Below are positions 50,936 through 63,400 of a stretch of 64,000 nt of DNA, piece by piece. Positions within the stretch are counted from its first letter, which is position 1, and the number at the start of each line of letters is the position of its first letter. The stretch covers positions 39,742,001 through 39,806,000 of the forward strand of contig NC_086100.1 in NCBI RefSeq assembly GCF_963921235.1, in the 5' to 3' direction. The notes beneath the pieces were generated by a model. That model was not told the DNA's origin. It saw only the letters and a list, made by a program, of their open reading frames with translations, and did no database searches. The stretch is from Mobula hypostoma (taxonomy: Eukaryota). Both the position numbers and the translations under genes were made by a program.

Positions 50936-52929
50936 AAACTTGATCTTTCAAAATTTCATCTTAACCAGAGGTAGCACAAGCCAGTATGGTACAATGGTAG
51001 GAAACTTGCAGGAAAAGCTGAATTCCTGATATTATCTCAGCCTTGGCCAAATTTAATGATTTCGCCTCCTCAGCTTTCTGAGAAGAAATTCGTCCTCAAC
51101 TGCCTCATAAATTGCTGAGCTCTTATTTTGAATAAACAACCCTTAATTTTAGTCTTCCTCATTTGCCAAAACAGCCACTCAGCATCTACCCTATCTTCAT
51201 GAGGTTTTAATTTTAATCGCATGTGTGCATTCCAAACTTTAATTGGTTCTCTGCATAATGTTTTAAAGCTAATGTTAATATGTCTGTCTCCGCAGCTAAC
51301 TTCGTAGATATCTACACTAGGTAGCAACTTGTACCAGAAAAGGGTGTGTGTCAAAAGAGTGTTCCTGTGATAGAGCAGGAAGTACCACGTAATGTCATTT
51401 TGGAGGGTGTGCAAAACACAGAGCCGGAGGGTTTGCCAAGCTGTCACTATGATTTATTATTCCATCACAGTGCATTAAAATCCTACCTATCAAAAGTCAG
51501 GATACTTTCAAGTAAAGCTAGTCTGTATCAGCATCCATTTGCTTGCTGAGTGAGAGACAACCTACAGCAGCAAATTCCCCCGCTGGTACATTTTCAACAC
51601 TTGCGATGAAACCAGAGCATCTGGGAGAAATCCACACTATCGAGAGGAGAAAGTAGTTACGCTACGTTTGCAGCATTGGAAAGCAGCATCAGATCTGGTC
51701 ATGGAGTTGTGAGACAGCCGGGACGGTTGCTGCTCATGCTATAAATTACTCACAGCTTTTGTTTGTGACCAGAGCTTGGGTCAGTACACCAGAAGTGAGA
51801 GCATTTACAAACAAAACAAAACGTTCTAGCAGATTGAGTACATGGACTGATGAGAGTCAAGGCTGCATTTGCACTTTGCAAGTTGCACTGGGTTTGTAAA
51901 TGAACAGTGACTGACCTGGACATAAATAGGCAAAGAAAACACTGCTACTTCTACTGCCATCACAAACATTGGTTATAACTTGCCTCATCTGGAGTTATGA
52001 TATTAGAGCTGATATTTTAGGTTGAAAATTCTGTAGCAGAACTGGGAAAGAACACAAGTTAAAGGTGCTGAGAAGATGGGGAGGAGGGGTGAATAGGAGG
52101 AGGGCTAGGGTTGGGCCTCCAGAATCTCCCAACCCCCTACTCTTGCCCAAATTCCATAAATAGGACAGTCCAGGCAAACCCATTGTTATAGCCTGTCCTA
52201 CCCACCAAGATTCTTTCTTCTGTCCTAGTTTTCATCCTTTCTACTTGATCCATTTTCTTCCCACTCACGTCAGTGACATTTTACCTATCCCTCTGCCAAT
52301 TTGAAGGTTTCCGATCTTTTAGCTATAAATGTCTTATCTTCACCATGGATGAACAATCCCTCAGTACCTCCATCCCACATCAAGATAATGTGAGTTCCTT
52401 GAGCTGAGGTGCAGCTCGTTTACTTCCACCGATGCACTCATTCACCTTTCTGGAATATTCCTTTCCTCCTACTCTCTCTAACCTAAAATTAACATTCCCC
52501 CCCCCCCATTTCCTATTCTCATCAAAGGATATCAGCCTGAAACATGAACTTTATTTCTCTTTCTACACATGCCGTTCAGACTACGGAGTATTTCTAGCAC
52601 TTTGTTTTTTTTATTTCAGAGTTCCAAGTTTATGATCTTCATCATCTTTCATAGGTTATGGCATGTTTTATAGATTTAACGCCCATGTTAAGTTTGCTTC
52701 AAAGAAGCTTTTCAATGTATGGTGTTGACATTGGTCACTGAAATATTGAGAGTTAACTGCAGAGTGTGACTACAAACGGCAAACTGAAAGGGAAATGCTA
52801 TCTACTGATTAAAAACTTTAGTGTTTCCATTGCAAACCGGCATTTCCTTAGAATAAACATTATAACTGCTTACCTTTCTGGACACAACATCCTCAATAAA
52901 CACCAACTGCAGTCTCTTATGCTCTGACA

Positions 52930-53208
52930 TTTTTATTATTGAGATTCAGTAAGGAGTAGGCCCTTCTGGCGCTTCAATATACACTGCCCAGCAATCCTGC
53001 AATTTAATGCTCGCCTAATCAGAGGACAATTTTACAATGACCAATGAACCTACCAACTGGTGAGGCTTTGGAATGTGGGAGGAAACTGGAGCACCCGGAG
53101 GAAACCCACACAGCCACGGGGAGAACGTACAGATTTCTTACAGGTCATGGTGAGAATTGAGCCCAGTTTGCCTGTATTGTAAAGCGTCATGCTAATCACT
53201 ATGCTCCT
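52930..53208 (-). mobile_element. V-SINE (tRNA-derived)
   Basis: Reverse complement of the same V-core (tttggaatgtgggaggaaactggagcacccggaggaaacccac). Confidence 0.75.
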
Positions 53209-54357
53209 GTGAAATTTCATCATATCTCTTCTCCATACTTCATCTCAACAAGATCAAATAATCTAGTTATTTTATTTCATTGTCTGAACTTTATAGTAAA
53301 CCAATGCTCTCTTCTTTTTATTCACGTTTAGTCATAATCAAGCATTAGCTTCCAATCCTGCAAATCATACTGTAAACAGAAACACCCCTCACATAAATTG
53401 ACACCAGTCTCTGATAAAGGTACACAAAACATTTCACATTGATCAATCTTTAGAAGATTCATTATACCTTTCAAAATTGTTGAAGTAAGTTTGCCTTAAA
53501 GTATAAGGATCTTGTTAAAATATTCAATAAAATACAATTACAACATGCAGCATGGACCATTTTACTGCTTCCATACAGTACTTTTAAATGAAGTATCATC
53601 TGCAGTTTGAACATCTTTTACTGGCTGTATTGTTTTGTCATTTTTCATGCAATTCTTTCGGTGTTCTTTCTCCCCACAGCGGTTGTCTCAAGGATGTAGC
53701 TAAAGGCCACTATTAGTTGAGCAGAGTTGCACGAAAGCACAGCCACCTAACAAAGTACAGACGAGCACACATCCTCTGAGGAGCAGAAACTATTTCCTGA
53801 GAAAATTCTTTTCACTTCGCATCATCAGTGTACCCACCTATAATGATGTTTAGCCTCTTTTCTTGGTATCTCTGTACTTGCTCACATCGCGTGACCTGAA
53901 ATACCACAGGGCTCAGACCAAACAGATTATCTGTGTGCTTGTGGAAGCACTGTAACAAAAGTTAAAGCATGAAGTACTGGCTTGGTTCATCATGACATGT
54001 CAAAAACCTCCAAGTCAGATTTATTAACTGCATTTAATTTAGTTTGTTCCATCAAGCAATATAGATTAGTGGAAGGCCAAAACATTAACTGCATAAAACA
54101 GATTTGCATATGTCTTCAGAACATGGCCCCTGCTAACACTCATCCTGTTATACCACTGAGGAGCACTTGTCATGAACAAATGAATCCATTACAAACAAAG
54201 CAACTCAATTCTTTACACACAGCTATGCAAATCTTCAGCAGTAACACGGTACTTTCTCACTTCATGTGCCCAGCTACTGAGGTATTCCAAGAACCTTGAT
54301 GGTTGTAGGCCTGACAGAAGCCTGAAGTTTGAGGGACAAAGTAAGGTTAGAACAAGA

Positions 54358-54458
54358 TCAGCTTTCGGTCCTGGTCCCTGAAGAATAGCTTTCGAGGTGC
54401 ACACTCTCCTTGTCTTCACTATCAGCAAGTGCTGCTGTACACATGTCACTGTAAAAAT
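54358..54458 (-). CDS. MCF2L2: Probable terminal coding exon of MCF2L2-like gene (DFYSDMCTAALADSEDKESVHLESYSSGTRTES*)
   Basis: Acceptor ttccttttttag, phase 1 compatible, TGA at 54360-54358, followed by unique UTR-like sequence with minus-strand AATAAA at about 53271-53276. Confidence 0.6.
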
Positions 54459-57400
54459 CTAAAAAAGGAAGATGTCGTTTAATGCTTCATCGAAAGCACA
54501 TTTGTCGCCATTTACATTGCCTGTACTGCACAATGCAGCAGTGGGACCGCAGCTCTTCCGACCAAACACAGGTAGGATGTGTCAAGAGAGGATGCAGTAG
54601 AGGTGTTCAAGAAAGTTGTAAGGGATCAAAAGTTAAAGAGATCTTATGAAAAAAGAAGCAACACACATCAAAGTTTCTGGTGAACGCAGCAGGCCAAGCA
54701 GCATCTGTAGGAAGAGGTGCAGTCGACGTTTCAGGCCCTGAAGGGTCTCGGCCTGAAATGTTGACTGCACCTCTTCCTAGAGATGCTGCTTGGCCTGCTG
54801 CGTTCACCAGCAACTTTGATGTGTGTTGCTTGAATTTCCAGCATCTGCAGAATTCCTGTTGTTTATGAAAAAAGAACATATTTTTCTATTCTTAATCAGC
54901 ACACTGTAAGCTACGGAGGAATTCAGCAGGCCAGGCAGCATTTATGGAGGAAAACAAAAAGTCAACGTTTTAGGTTGAGACCCTTCATCAGGACTGAAAA
55001 GGAGGAGGGCAGAAACCAGAGTGTTTGGGACTATCAAAGTCATGTTACATGTAAATATGGGACTTAAAGAAAGTAAACCGTACGGCATGCATTGCAAATG
55101 TCTTCTTCGCACAGACTGAAGTAGTATTGCAATCTTGTTGTCTTGAGCAATGACAGTGAAGTTCTATTCTATTCTAAACTGAAATGAGATAGTAAAGCAA
55201 GGAAATGTGGTACACATTTCTTATAGTCCCTTTGGACCTCATATAATGAGGTACATTTTCATAAACGCGTAGTGTTGTTACACCCAATGTTATTCTCACC
55301 TAACATCTGCAACAAGAGATTCTTAGAACAGTAATTATTTTTCCCCCACCTGCAGCAGCAGCTAAAGCATCTCAACAGCAGTTCCAGTAGTAACTAACTG
55401 ATCTAGGACAGACCTGTGATGAAACCTGGGACTAACTGGGTTGATTGGGAAAGTAACTAGGATGGCACTTTTACTTACTGTGCTACTGGAAGAAGGGGAA
55501 GTGCAAAGAATTAGATGTGTGCCCATCCTGTGAATTTCCAGGGTCATGTAAACAATGTTAATGTGTTCACTTCCTTCTGCCTGCAATGCTGTCTTGGCAC
55601 AGCCAGAGAATGGCATATTGCCACTTAGCTTGGTTTGTTCAATAGCTCATTGATTAGACAACCATCAATTAAATAGGTCTCCTGGCTATTGGTCCCGCAC
55701 AGGAACCATTGCAGAAGAGGAAAACAAGAATACACCAGCTTTCCTTTGATCCACATAGCAAGGGTGCATTAACAAGAATAAAACCCACATCTAATGATAA
55801 CTCTGGATCTAGACAACAAGGAGATGGTTGGGCAACTCTTTCATTAATCAAATTTGATGCTTATATAGTGGTAAATAACTTGGGCTGATTTCATGCACAC
55901 AATTCATATGTTATCATCTCTATACTTTTTTGCAGAACCTTATCCTGTTTTTTTAGGGAGTTGTAGTTGTAGTCCCTGGGCCTTCTGCTCATTACATAAA
56001 CTCTCCCCCTTAAGCGAGTTGTTTGCTTTTAATAAACTTTATGGATCAGTCATAGCCTTTGGTCTATCCCCAACCGATTGGCAGTGAAGTCAATAAATTG
56101 GGGGAAAACCTTGCAATATACAGTATTTCAGTTAGTTGCCACTGTTGGGTGGAGCGTGGCAATTGATATAACTCCAAAAGAATTGCCAAACCTTTTCCAG
56201 TGAAACCAGTCAAGCAGAAAATGAAGATACAGGAATTTGTTTGTCACCTCTTCTGTTGTTTATGGTAAAATTTCAGATGAAAGTTGCAACATAAGGGGTG
56301 GAGGGGTCGGGGAGGGCTGTTGCTTCTGCTGCTACTGGTGTGATGGGGGGAGTGGTTCTGATGTTTCTAGTATTCATTCTATGGGGTTTCATCTTTCGTT
56401 GATGGCTGCAAAGAGTAAGAATTTCAGGTTGTATACTATATACATTCTCTGACATTAAATTGAACCATTTGAAATTTGAATTTGAAGATAATCTCAAGGA
56501 AGTTTTCAACCTAGATTTTTATCTAATTTAAATACCCAAACCTTACCTGATACAAATAATCCAGTGGACAATATCAAAGTCAGCGCCATGGAACACTGTT
56601 ACTCACCATAAAGTTAAACTAATCTATTAAATTGTTTTACCATTACATTTGATTATTAAGTGAATTAGCTCCCTAAACATTATTAACTGTATTCTGAAGG
56701 CATGATCCCCCTAACAAATTAGATAAGAACTCTGGTTCTGACCTGAATTATTATCAGTCTGATCCGGGTTTAGTTCTGAGCCAACTGGTTGTAAAAGGCT
56801 GGAAGGAATCCATCTTGCTTTATAAGTTACCAGACTTCTTACTTGACTGAAACACACAAAACACAGAGATAATTCCTGCAACCTGTTTGGGAACATGCAG
56901 ATCCTGACATTCTGTACTAGGTTTGAAACAAAGGAAGTAATTTTGGTTACTTGATTGTACCTGCTAGTTTACTTATTTTGCAGTAGAAGTTTATTTTCAG
57001 TCACTGACCAGGCCTATCATTGTCACCCATTTTTGAAGGCACTCGCTTTTGTGGTTCTCTTCTGAGCTCCAGAAAATGCATCTGAATGAGACTTCAGTAG
57101 GAGCCTCAGCCATGAGGAGCATTTGTCATTTATCTCACTCCAGGGAGAGCATTTGGAAGAGTTAGTGGTGTTCTCTTGCCTCCTCTACCCTTGTCCGTTT
57201 TGGTGGTGAGGTAGAGAGTTTGAAGATGCCTGGGCACTGTAACAACAGTGTATTCTGTAGGAATGTTTAGGGTGATGAGTTGGGTGCTGGTCAAGCATGC
57301 TGCATTACCTGAATATGACACTGAACTTCCTGAAATGCTTTGGTAATGCACTCATCCTGGTATGTGGAGAGTATTCCATCAAATTCCTGATTGTGCCTTG

Positions 57401-60400
57401 AAAATGGATTTAGAGTACCTGGGGAAATTCACCCAGTACCCAGCCTCCAGCCTGTGTTTGTAAGCACAGTATGAATGGCTCAGGACATTGATTGAAAGAG
57501 ATGCTTAGTGATAATAATGCAAAGGGTGAATGGTTCAATTCTTTTTGGTTTCAGATGGCCAGGCCTTTGTGGAGGAGGAGATATAATTAGGGTCATTGCA
57601 GCATAAGTAATTTGTAGTTCCGGTGTTAAACCCTTGATTTATCTGGTGAGTCATGGAATTTTCCCATAGCATTGCCCCAAACTCACAGGCCTGTGAGTGA
57701 GATTTAAAAAGGAGCACTCATGGGCTTTTGGCATTTTCTGATGGCCCATTAAATAGCAATGCATTAGCAAGGTCAAATATAAATAAGGCAGGTCAAGCAG
57801 AGCGGCCTCTGTGTGAGCGGACCAGAGACACTTTGGTGAGAATAGACTTGCATGAGGTAAGTATCTGGTAAGTTCCTTCTTCATTCTTTGTCAGAGCAGT
57901 GAGAGTGGCTCACTGTGTTGTGTTTTGTGTGACATGTGGGAATTCTGGGAGATCTCCAGCCTCCTGATAACCACATCTGCACCAGGTACCCCAAGTTGTA
58001 GCTCCATGGAGAACACGTTAAGGAACTGGAGCTACAGTTCATTTGGGAAACTGAGGAGGTAACAGATAGGAGCTACAGGGAGGTAGTCACCCCTAAATTG
58101 AAGGAGGCAGGTACCTGGGTGACTGCCATGAGAGGGAAAGGAAATGAGCAGCCAATGCAGAGTATCCCTGTGGCCGTTCCCCACAATAATAAGTATACTG
58201 CTTTGGATACTGTTGGGGGAAGATCTACTGGGGAGAAACACAGTGACTGGGTCTCCGGCACTGAGTCTGGTACTGTTGCTTGAAGGAGTGATAAATACAG
58301 CACTGAAGATGTTACATTCGAAAGCATGCAGTATACAGAATAAGATAGATGACCTTGTTGTGCAGTTAGAGTTTGATAGGCATGATGTTGTGGGCTGAAA
58401 GAAGATTATACTTGGGGGCTTAACATCCAAGGATACACATTGTATTGAAAGAACAGGCAGGTAGGCAGAAGGGTGCCATGGTGCTGTTGGTAAGAAATGA
58501 AATCAAATCCTTACAAAGAGGTGACATAGGATCAGAAGATGGAGAATCATTCAGGGTGGAGCTCATGAACAGCCAGAGTAAAAAGACTCTAATGGGAGTT
58601 ATATACAGGCCTCTTAATAGCAGCCAGGGTGTGGGCCACAAATTACAACGGGAGATAGAAAATCATGTCAAAAGGGCAATGTTACGATAGTCATGGGGAT
58701 TTCAATATGCAGGTATATCAGGAAAATCAGGTTGGTGCTGATTTTGCATCCCAAGAGAGAGAATTTATAGAATGCCTACAAGTTGGCTTTTTAGAGCTGT
58801 GTGCATATGAGCCCACTGGGGGATCAGTTGGGTGTTGTGTACTGAATGGGATTTGCTTAGGGAGCTTAAGGTAAAGGAACCCCAAAGAAGCAGTGATCAT
58901 AATATGATAGAATTCACCCAGCAATTTAAGAAGGAGAAGCTAAAGTCAGATGTATCAGTCTTACAATGTAGTACGTAAAGGGAATTACAGAGGCGTGAGA
59001 GATGAGCTGGTTCAAAGTTGATTGGAGGGGGGCACGAGGAGGGATGATGGCAGAAAAGCAAAGGCTGGAGTTTCTTGGAACAATTTGGAAGGCACAGGAT
59101 AGGTACACTCCAAAGAAGTAGTAGTATTCTAAAGGCAGAATGATGCAACTGTGGCTGACAAGGGAAGTGAAAGTCAGCATAAATCCAAAAGGAAGGGCAT
59201 ATAAAACAGCAAAAATTAGTGGGAAGGTAGAGGATTGGGAACCGTTTAAAACCAACAGAAGCCAATTAACAAAGCCATGAGGAAGGGAAAAAATGAAATA
59301 TGAAAGTAAGCTGGCCAATAACAGCAAGAGGATACCCACAAATTTTCTTTCAGGTATATAATGAGTAACAGAGAGACTGGAGTAGATATTCAACTGCTGG
59401 AAAATGATGCTGGAGAGGCAGTAATGAGGGAACAAGGAAATGGTGAATGAATTAAATAAGTATTTTGCATCAGTCTTCACTATGGAAGACGCTAGCAGTA
59501 TGCTGGAAGTTTGAGAGTGTCAGGGGGCAGAAAATATAGTTGCTATTACTAGGGAGAAGGTACTTGGGAAGCTGAAAGGTCTGAAAGTTGATAAGTGACC
59601 TGGAGTAAATGGACTACACGCCAGGGTTCTGAAAGAGGTAGCTGAAGTGATCATAGAGGCATTAGTAATGATCTTTCAATAATTACTAAATTCAGGCACG
59701 CTTCTAGAGGACTGAAAAATTGCAAATGCCACTCCACTCTTCAAGAAGGGAGGCAGGCAGGAGAAAAGAAATTATAGGCCAGTTAAGCAACACACACAAA
59801 ATGCTGGTGGAACGCACCAGTTATCCAGACCCTCAGTGGTTGGGAAGATGTTGGAGTTGATTGTTAAGGATGAGGTTTTAGGGTATGAAGGCACATGATA
59901 AAATAGGCCAAATTAGCATTGTTTCGTCAAGGGAAAATCTTACCTGACAAATTTGTTGAAATCCTTTGAGGAAGTAACAAACAGGATAGACAAAGAATTG
60001 GTGGATATTGTGTACTTGATTTTCAGAAGGCCTTTAACAAGGTGCCGCAAGTGATGCTGCTTAGCAAGATAAGAGCTTGTGTTATTAAAGGAAAGATACT
60101 AGCATGGATGGAGTATTGGGTAAATGGCAGGAGGCAAAGAGTGGGAATAAAGGAGCTTTCTCTGATTGACTGCCTGTGACTAGTGGTGTTCAGCAGGGAC
60201 TAATGTTGTAACTGCTTCTTTTCATGTGTTATGTTAATGATTTGGATGGTGGAATTGTGGGTCTGTGGCCAAGTCTGCAGATGATACGAAGATAGGTGGA
60301 GGGACAAGTACTGTTGAGGAAGCAGGGAGTCTGCAGAAGGACAGATAGATTAAGAGAATGGGAAAAGTAGTGGCAGATGGAATAAAGTGTCGGGAAGTCC

Positions 60401-63400
60401 ACGGTCATCCACTTTGGTAGAAGGAATAAAAGTGTAGACTATTTTCTACATGGGGAGAAAATTCAAAAATCTGAGATGCAAAGGGACTTGGGAGTTCTCA
60501 TGCAGGAGTTTCTAAAAGTTAAATTGTTGGTTGAGTCAGTGGTGAGGAAAGCAAACACAATGTTAGCATTCATTTTGAGAGAACTTGAATATAAAAGCGA
60601 GGACGTAAAGCCGAGGCTGTATAAGGCATTGGTGAGGCCTAACTTGGAGTATTGTGAGGGGTTTTGGGCCCCTTACTTTAGAAAAGATATGCTGACATTG
60701 GAGAGGGTTCAAAGGCAGTTCACAAAAATGATTCTGGGCATGAAAGGCTTATCATATGAGGAGTGTTTGATGGTTCTGGGTCTGTACTTGCTGGAATTTA
60801 GAAGAATGGGGGGGCGGGTCTCATTGAAATCTATCAAATGCTGAAAGGCCTAGATAGAGTGAATGTGGAGAGGATGTTTCCTATAGTGGAGGAGTCTAGG
60901 ATCACAGGGCACAGAATAGAGGGACATCCTTTTAGAGTGGAAATGAGTAGGGGTTTCATTAACCAGAGGATGGTGAATCTGAGGAATCAGCCATGATCAA
61001 ATGGCAGAGCAGACTCGATGGGCCAAATGGCCTAATTCTGCTCCTGTGTCTTTCGGCCTTATGGTCTGATGTTCTGGGTAAGTTACTTCACAAGGATAGT
61101 TAAGTGACCACCTTCAGTTAACTGCTCTTCAGTGTAAATTTAGGTGGCCTCAGGATTTTCTTCCTCCTCTCCACCTCCTCCATTAAGATCTAAAAGTTGT
61201 AGTCCCTTCCGTTCCATTCTTCATCCCTTTTGCTCTCTAGCTGTCTGCCCCTTCAGAATCAGAATCACTTTATTGCCAGTATGTGAAACATACCAGAATT
61301 GATGGTGGTTTGGTGCCAAGCATAAAACACAGGACAATACCATAGCAGACAGCACAAGAGCAACCAACTATTAACGAGACAATAGTGCAAACAGCCATGA
61401 GCATTCAGTAGAATGGTCACATGCACAAATGTCAATAATCAAACTTAAATAAATGTGAACATATGAACAGACTCAATAATTATCAACAGAACAAGGAGAG
61501 CAGGAAAAAACATTTAATGGATGTTGTACTGGGACAGTTAGGGTATCACACCAGAGTTATTTTTGTTGAGAACTGGATAGCTACAGGAAAGTAGCCCTGG
61601 AGATTTTGAGTAGTCCTGGTGGTGATGGACTTGTAGCGTCTCCCCGATGGCAATTTGGTGAACCTCTACGGGGATGGAGTGAGCAGTATTTTATTCAGTT
61701 GGCGATGAACCGGTCTTTTAGTGTCAGTAGCTATCAGCCCACTATCTTCTCCACTGAATGAACCACTCACTGTAACCTGGACTTGGAGAGGGAGGAGGTG
61801 GTGGGAAACCAAGTGATGATAGAGGTGGCTACACCACCTTCAATGATGGCCGAGTAAAAACTCACCAGGATAGGCCCTGAGGTGTTAAATTTCCCAAGAT
61901 GGCATAGGAAGAACAATCTCTGCTGGATTTCCTAGTGATGAGCATAATGTGTTTTTCCCACTTAAACGTATTGGTAATTGTAGTCCCCCTAACTCAACCA
62001 CAGACACAGCCTGGCCATTAATTTCCAAAGGGGAGCATGTAAGGGTTGTTGTTTGAAGTCAATCCTCACTTTCACTGTCTTGATAGCATTAAGCTCCAAG
62101 TTGTTATGAGCACACCAGGCTGCAAGACACTCTACCTCTGTCTGATAGCAGGTCACGTTATTATTAGAGATGAGACCAACTACAGTTGTGTCATCCACAA
62201 TCTTCAGGGTTTTAATGGATTTGCCTGTGGAGGTACAGTCATTTGTATAAAGTGAGAACAGGAGGAGTGAAAGAACACAACCCTGGGAAAAGACATTAGT
62301 TTGGACAAGTCGGGCTCCAGCTTTACATACTGCTTTCTTCCCATCAGGAAGTTCGTAATCCATTGACAGATACGGTAGGGTACACCCAACTGGGTTAGCT
62401 TGCTGTGGAGCAACTCCAGAACAATTGTGTTGAAGGTGGAGCTAAAATCCACAAACAAGATCCTCACATAGGTGTTGGGGGAGTCCAAATGTTCAAGAAT
62501 GCTCGAATTAACTACATTCTCAACTAAGTGATTTGCTTTATAAGCAAACTGTAGTTGGTCAAGAAGAGGATCTGTAACAGACCTAAGGTAGGCCAACATC
62601 AGACATTCAAAGGTTTTCATAACTACTGAAGTCAGAGTGACTGGCCTATAATCATTAAGTTCAATGATCTTCTATTTCTTGGGAACTGGAATGATTGTAG
62701 CAACTTTAAAGCAATCTGGAATGCTACATAATTTCAGGGAGGTGCAGGAAATTGCCAGCAAGTATATTAAACTTAATTTTTAATTGCCATGACTGATGCT
62801 GCTATGTATATTATAGCACTGTCTAGTGAAATCTGTGTTTGAATGAATGCACAGAAAAGAACCACAGAGTGCTAAATGAAAGCTTGATTCAGAGGACCAT
62901 AAAACCTTAGGAAATAAAAACAGGAAAATTATTCTACCATTCTATAAGATCATAGCTGATCTTTTACCTAACACCAAGCTCCTGCACAAATTCTATTTTT
63001 CTCATTTTCCTTTATATCGAAAAATATACCAGTCTCCACCTTAAACATACTCAGCTTCAAAACCCTCCATGGTTTCCCTTGCATAAGTGATTTCAAAGAC
63101 CCTTTGTGGGAAGATACCCATTCCCGTTTTTGTCCTGACTTGCCAGCTCATTTTACTGAGACTGTAATCTTTGGTTCTAAACAGCCCCACTGGGGTATGT
63201 ATCAAAAGTATACCCACCCTGCCGAAACCTATTAGATTTTGTATGTTTCGATGAGGCCAACCCTTTTAAACTCAAGAAGATATAGACCCAGTATGTATAA
63301 CATATCCTCAGGTTTAACAGAATCTTCAGTCACTGCTCGTCATCCATTCCTTCCTCTAGCTCTGGTTGAACTCACCACTTTCCCTCTTCTCCCTCTTGCA

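Noticed and set aside
53808-53895. Possible alternative terminal exon after gtatttcag on the minus strand
   Set aside because: In the phase required by the upstream exon it encodes only GHAM*; it is more likely 3' UTR.
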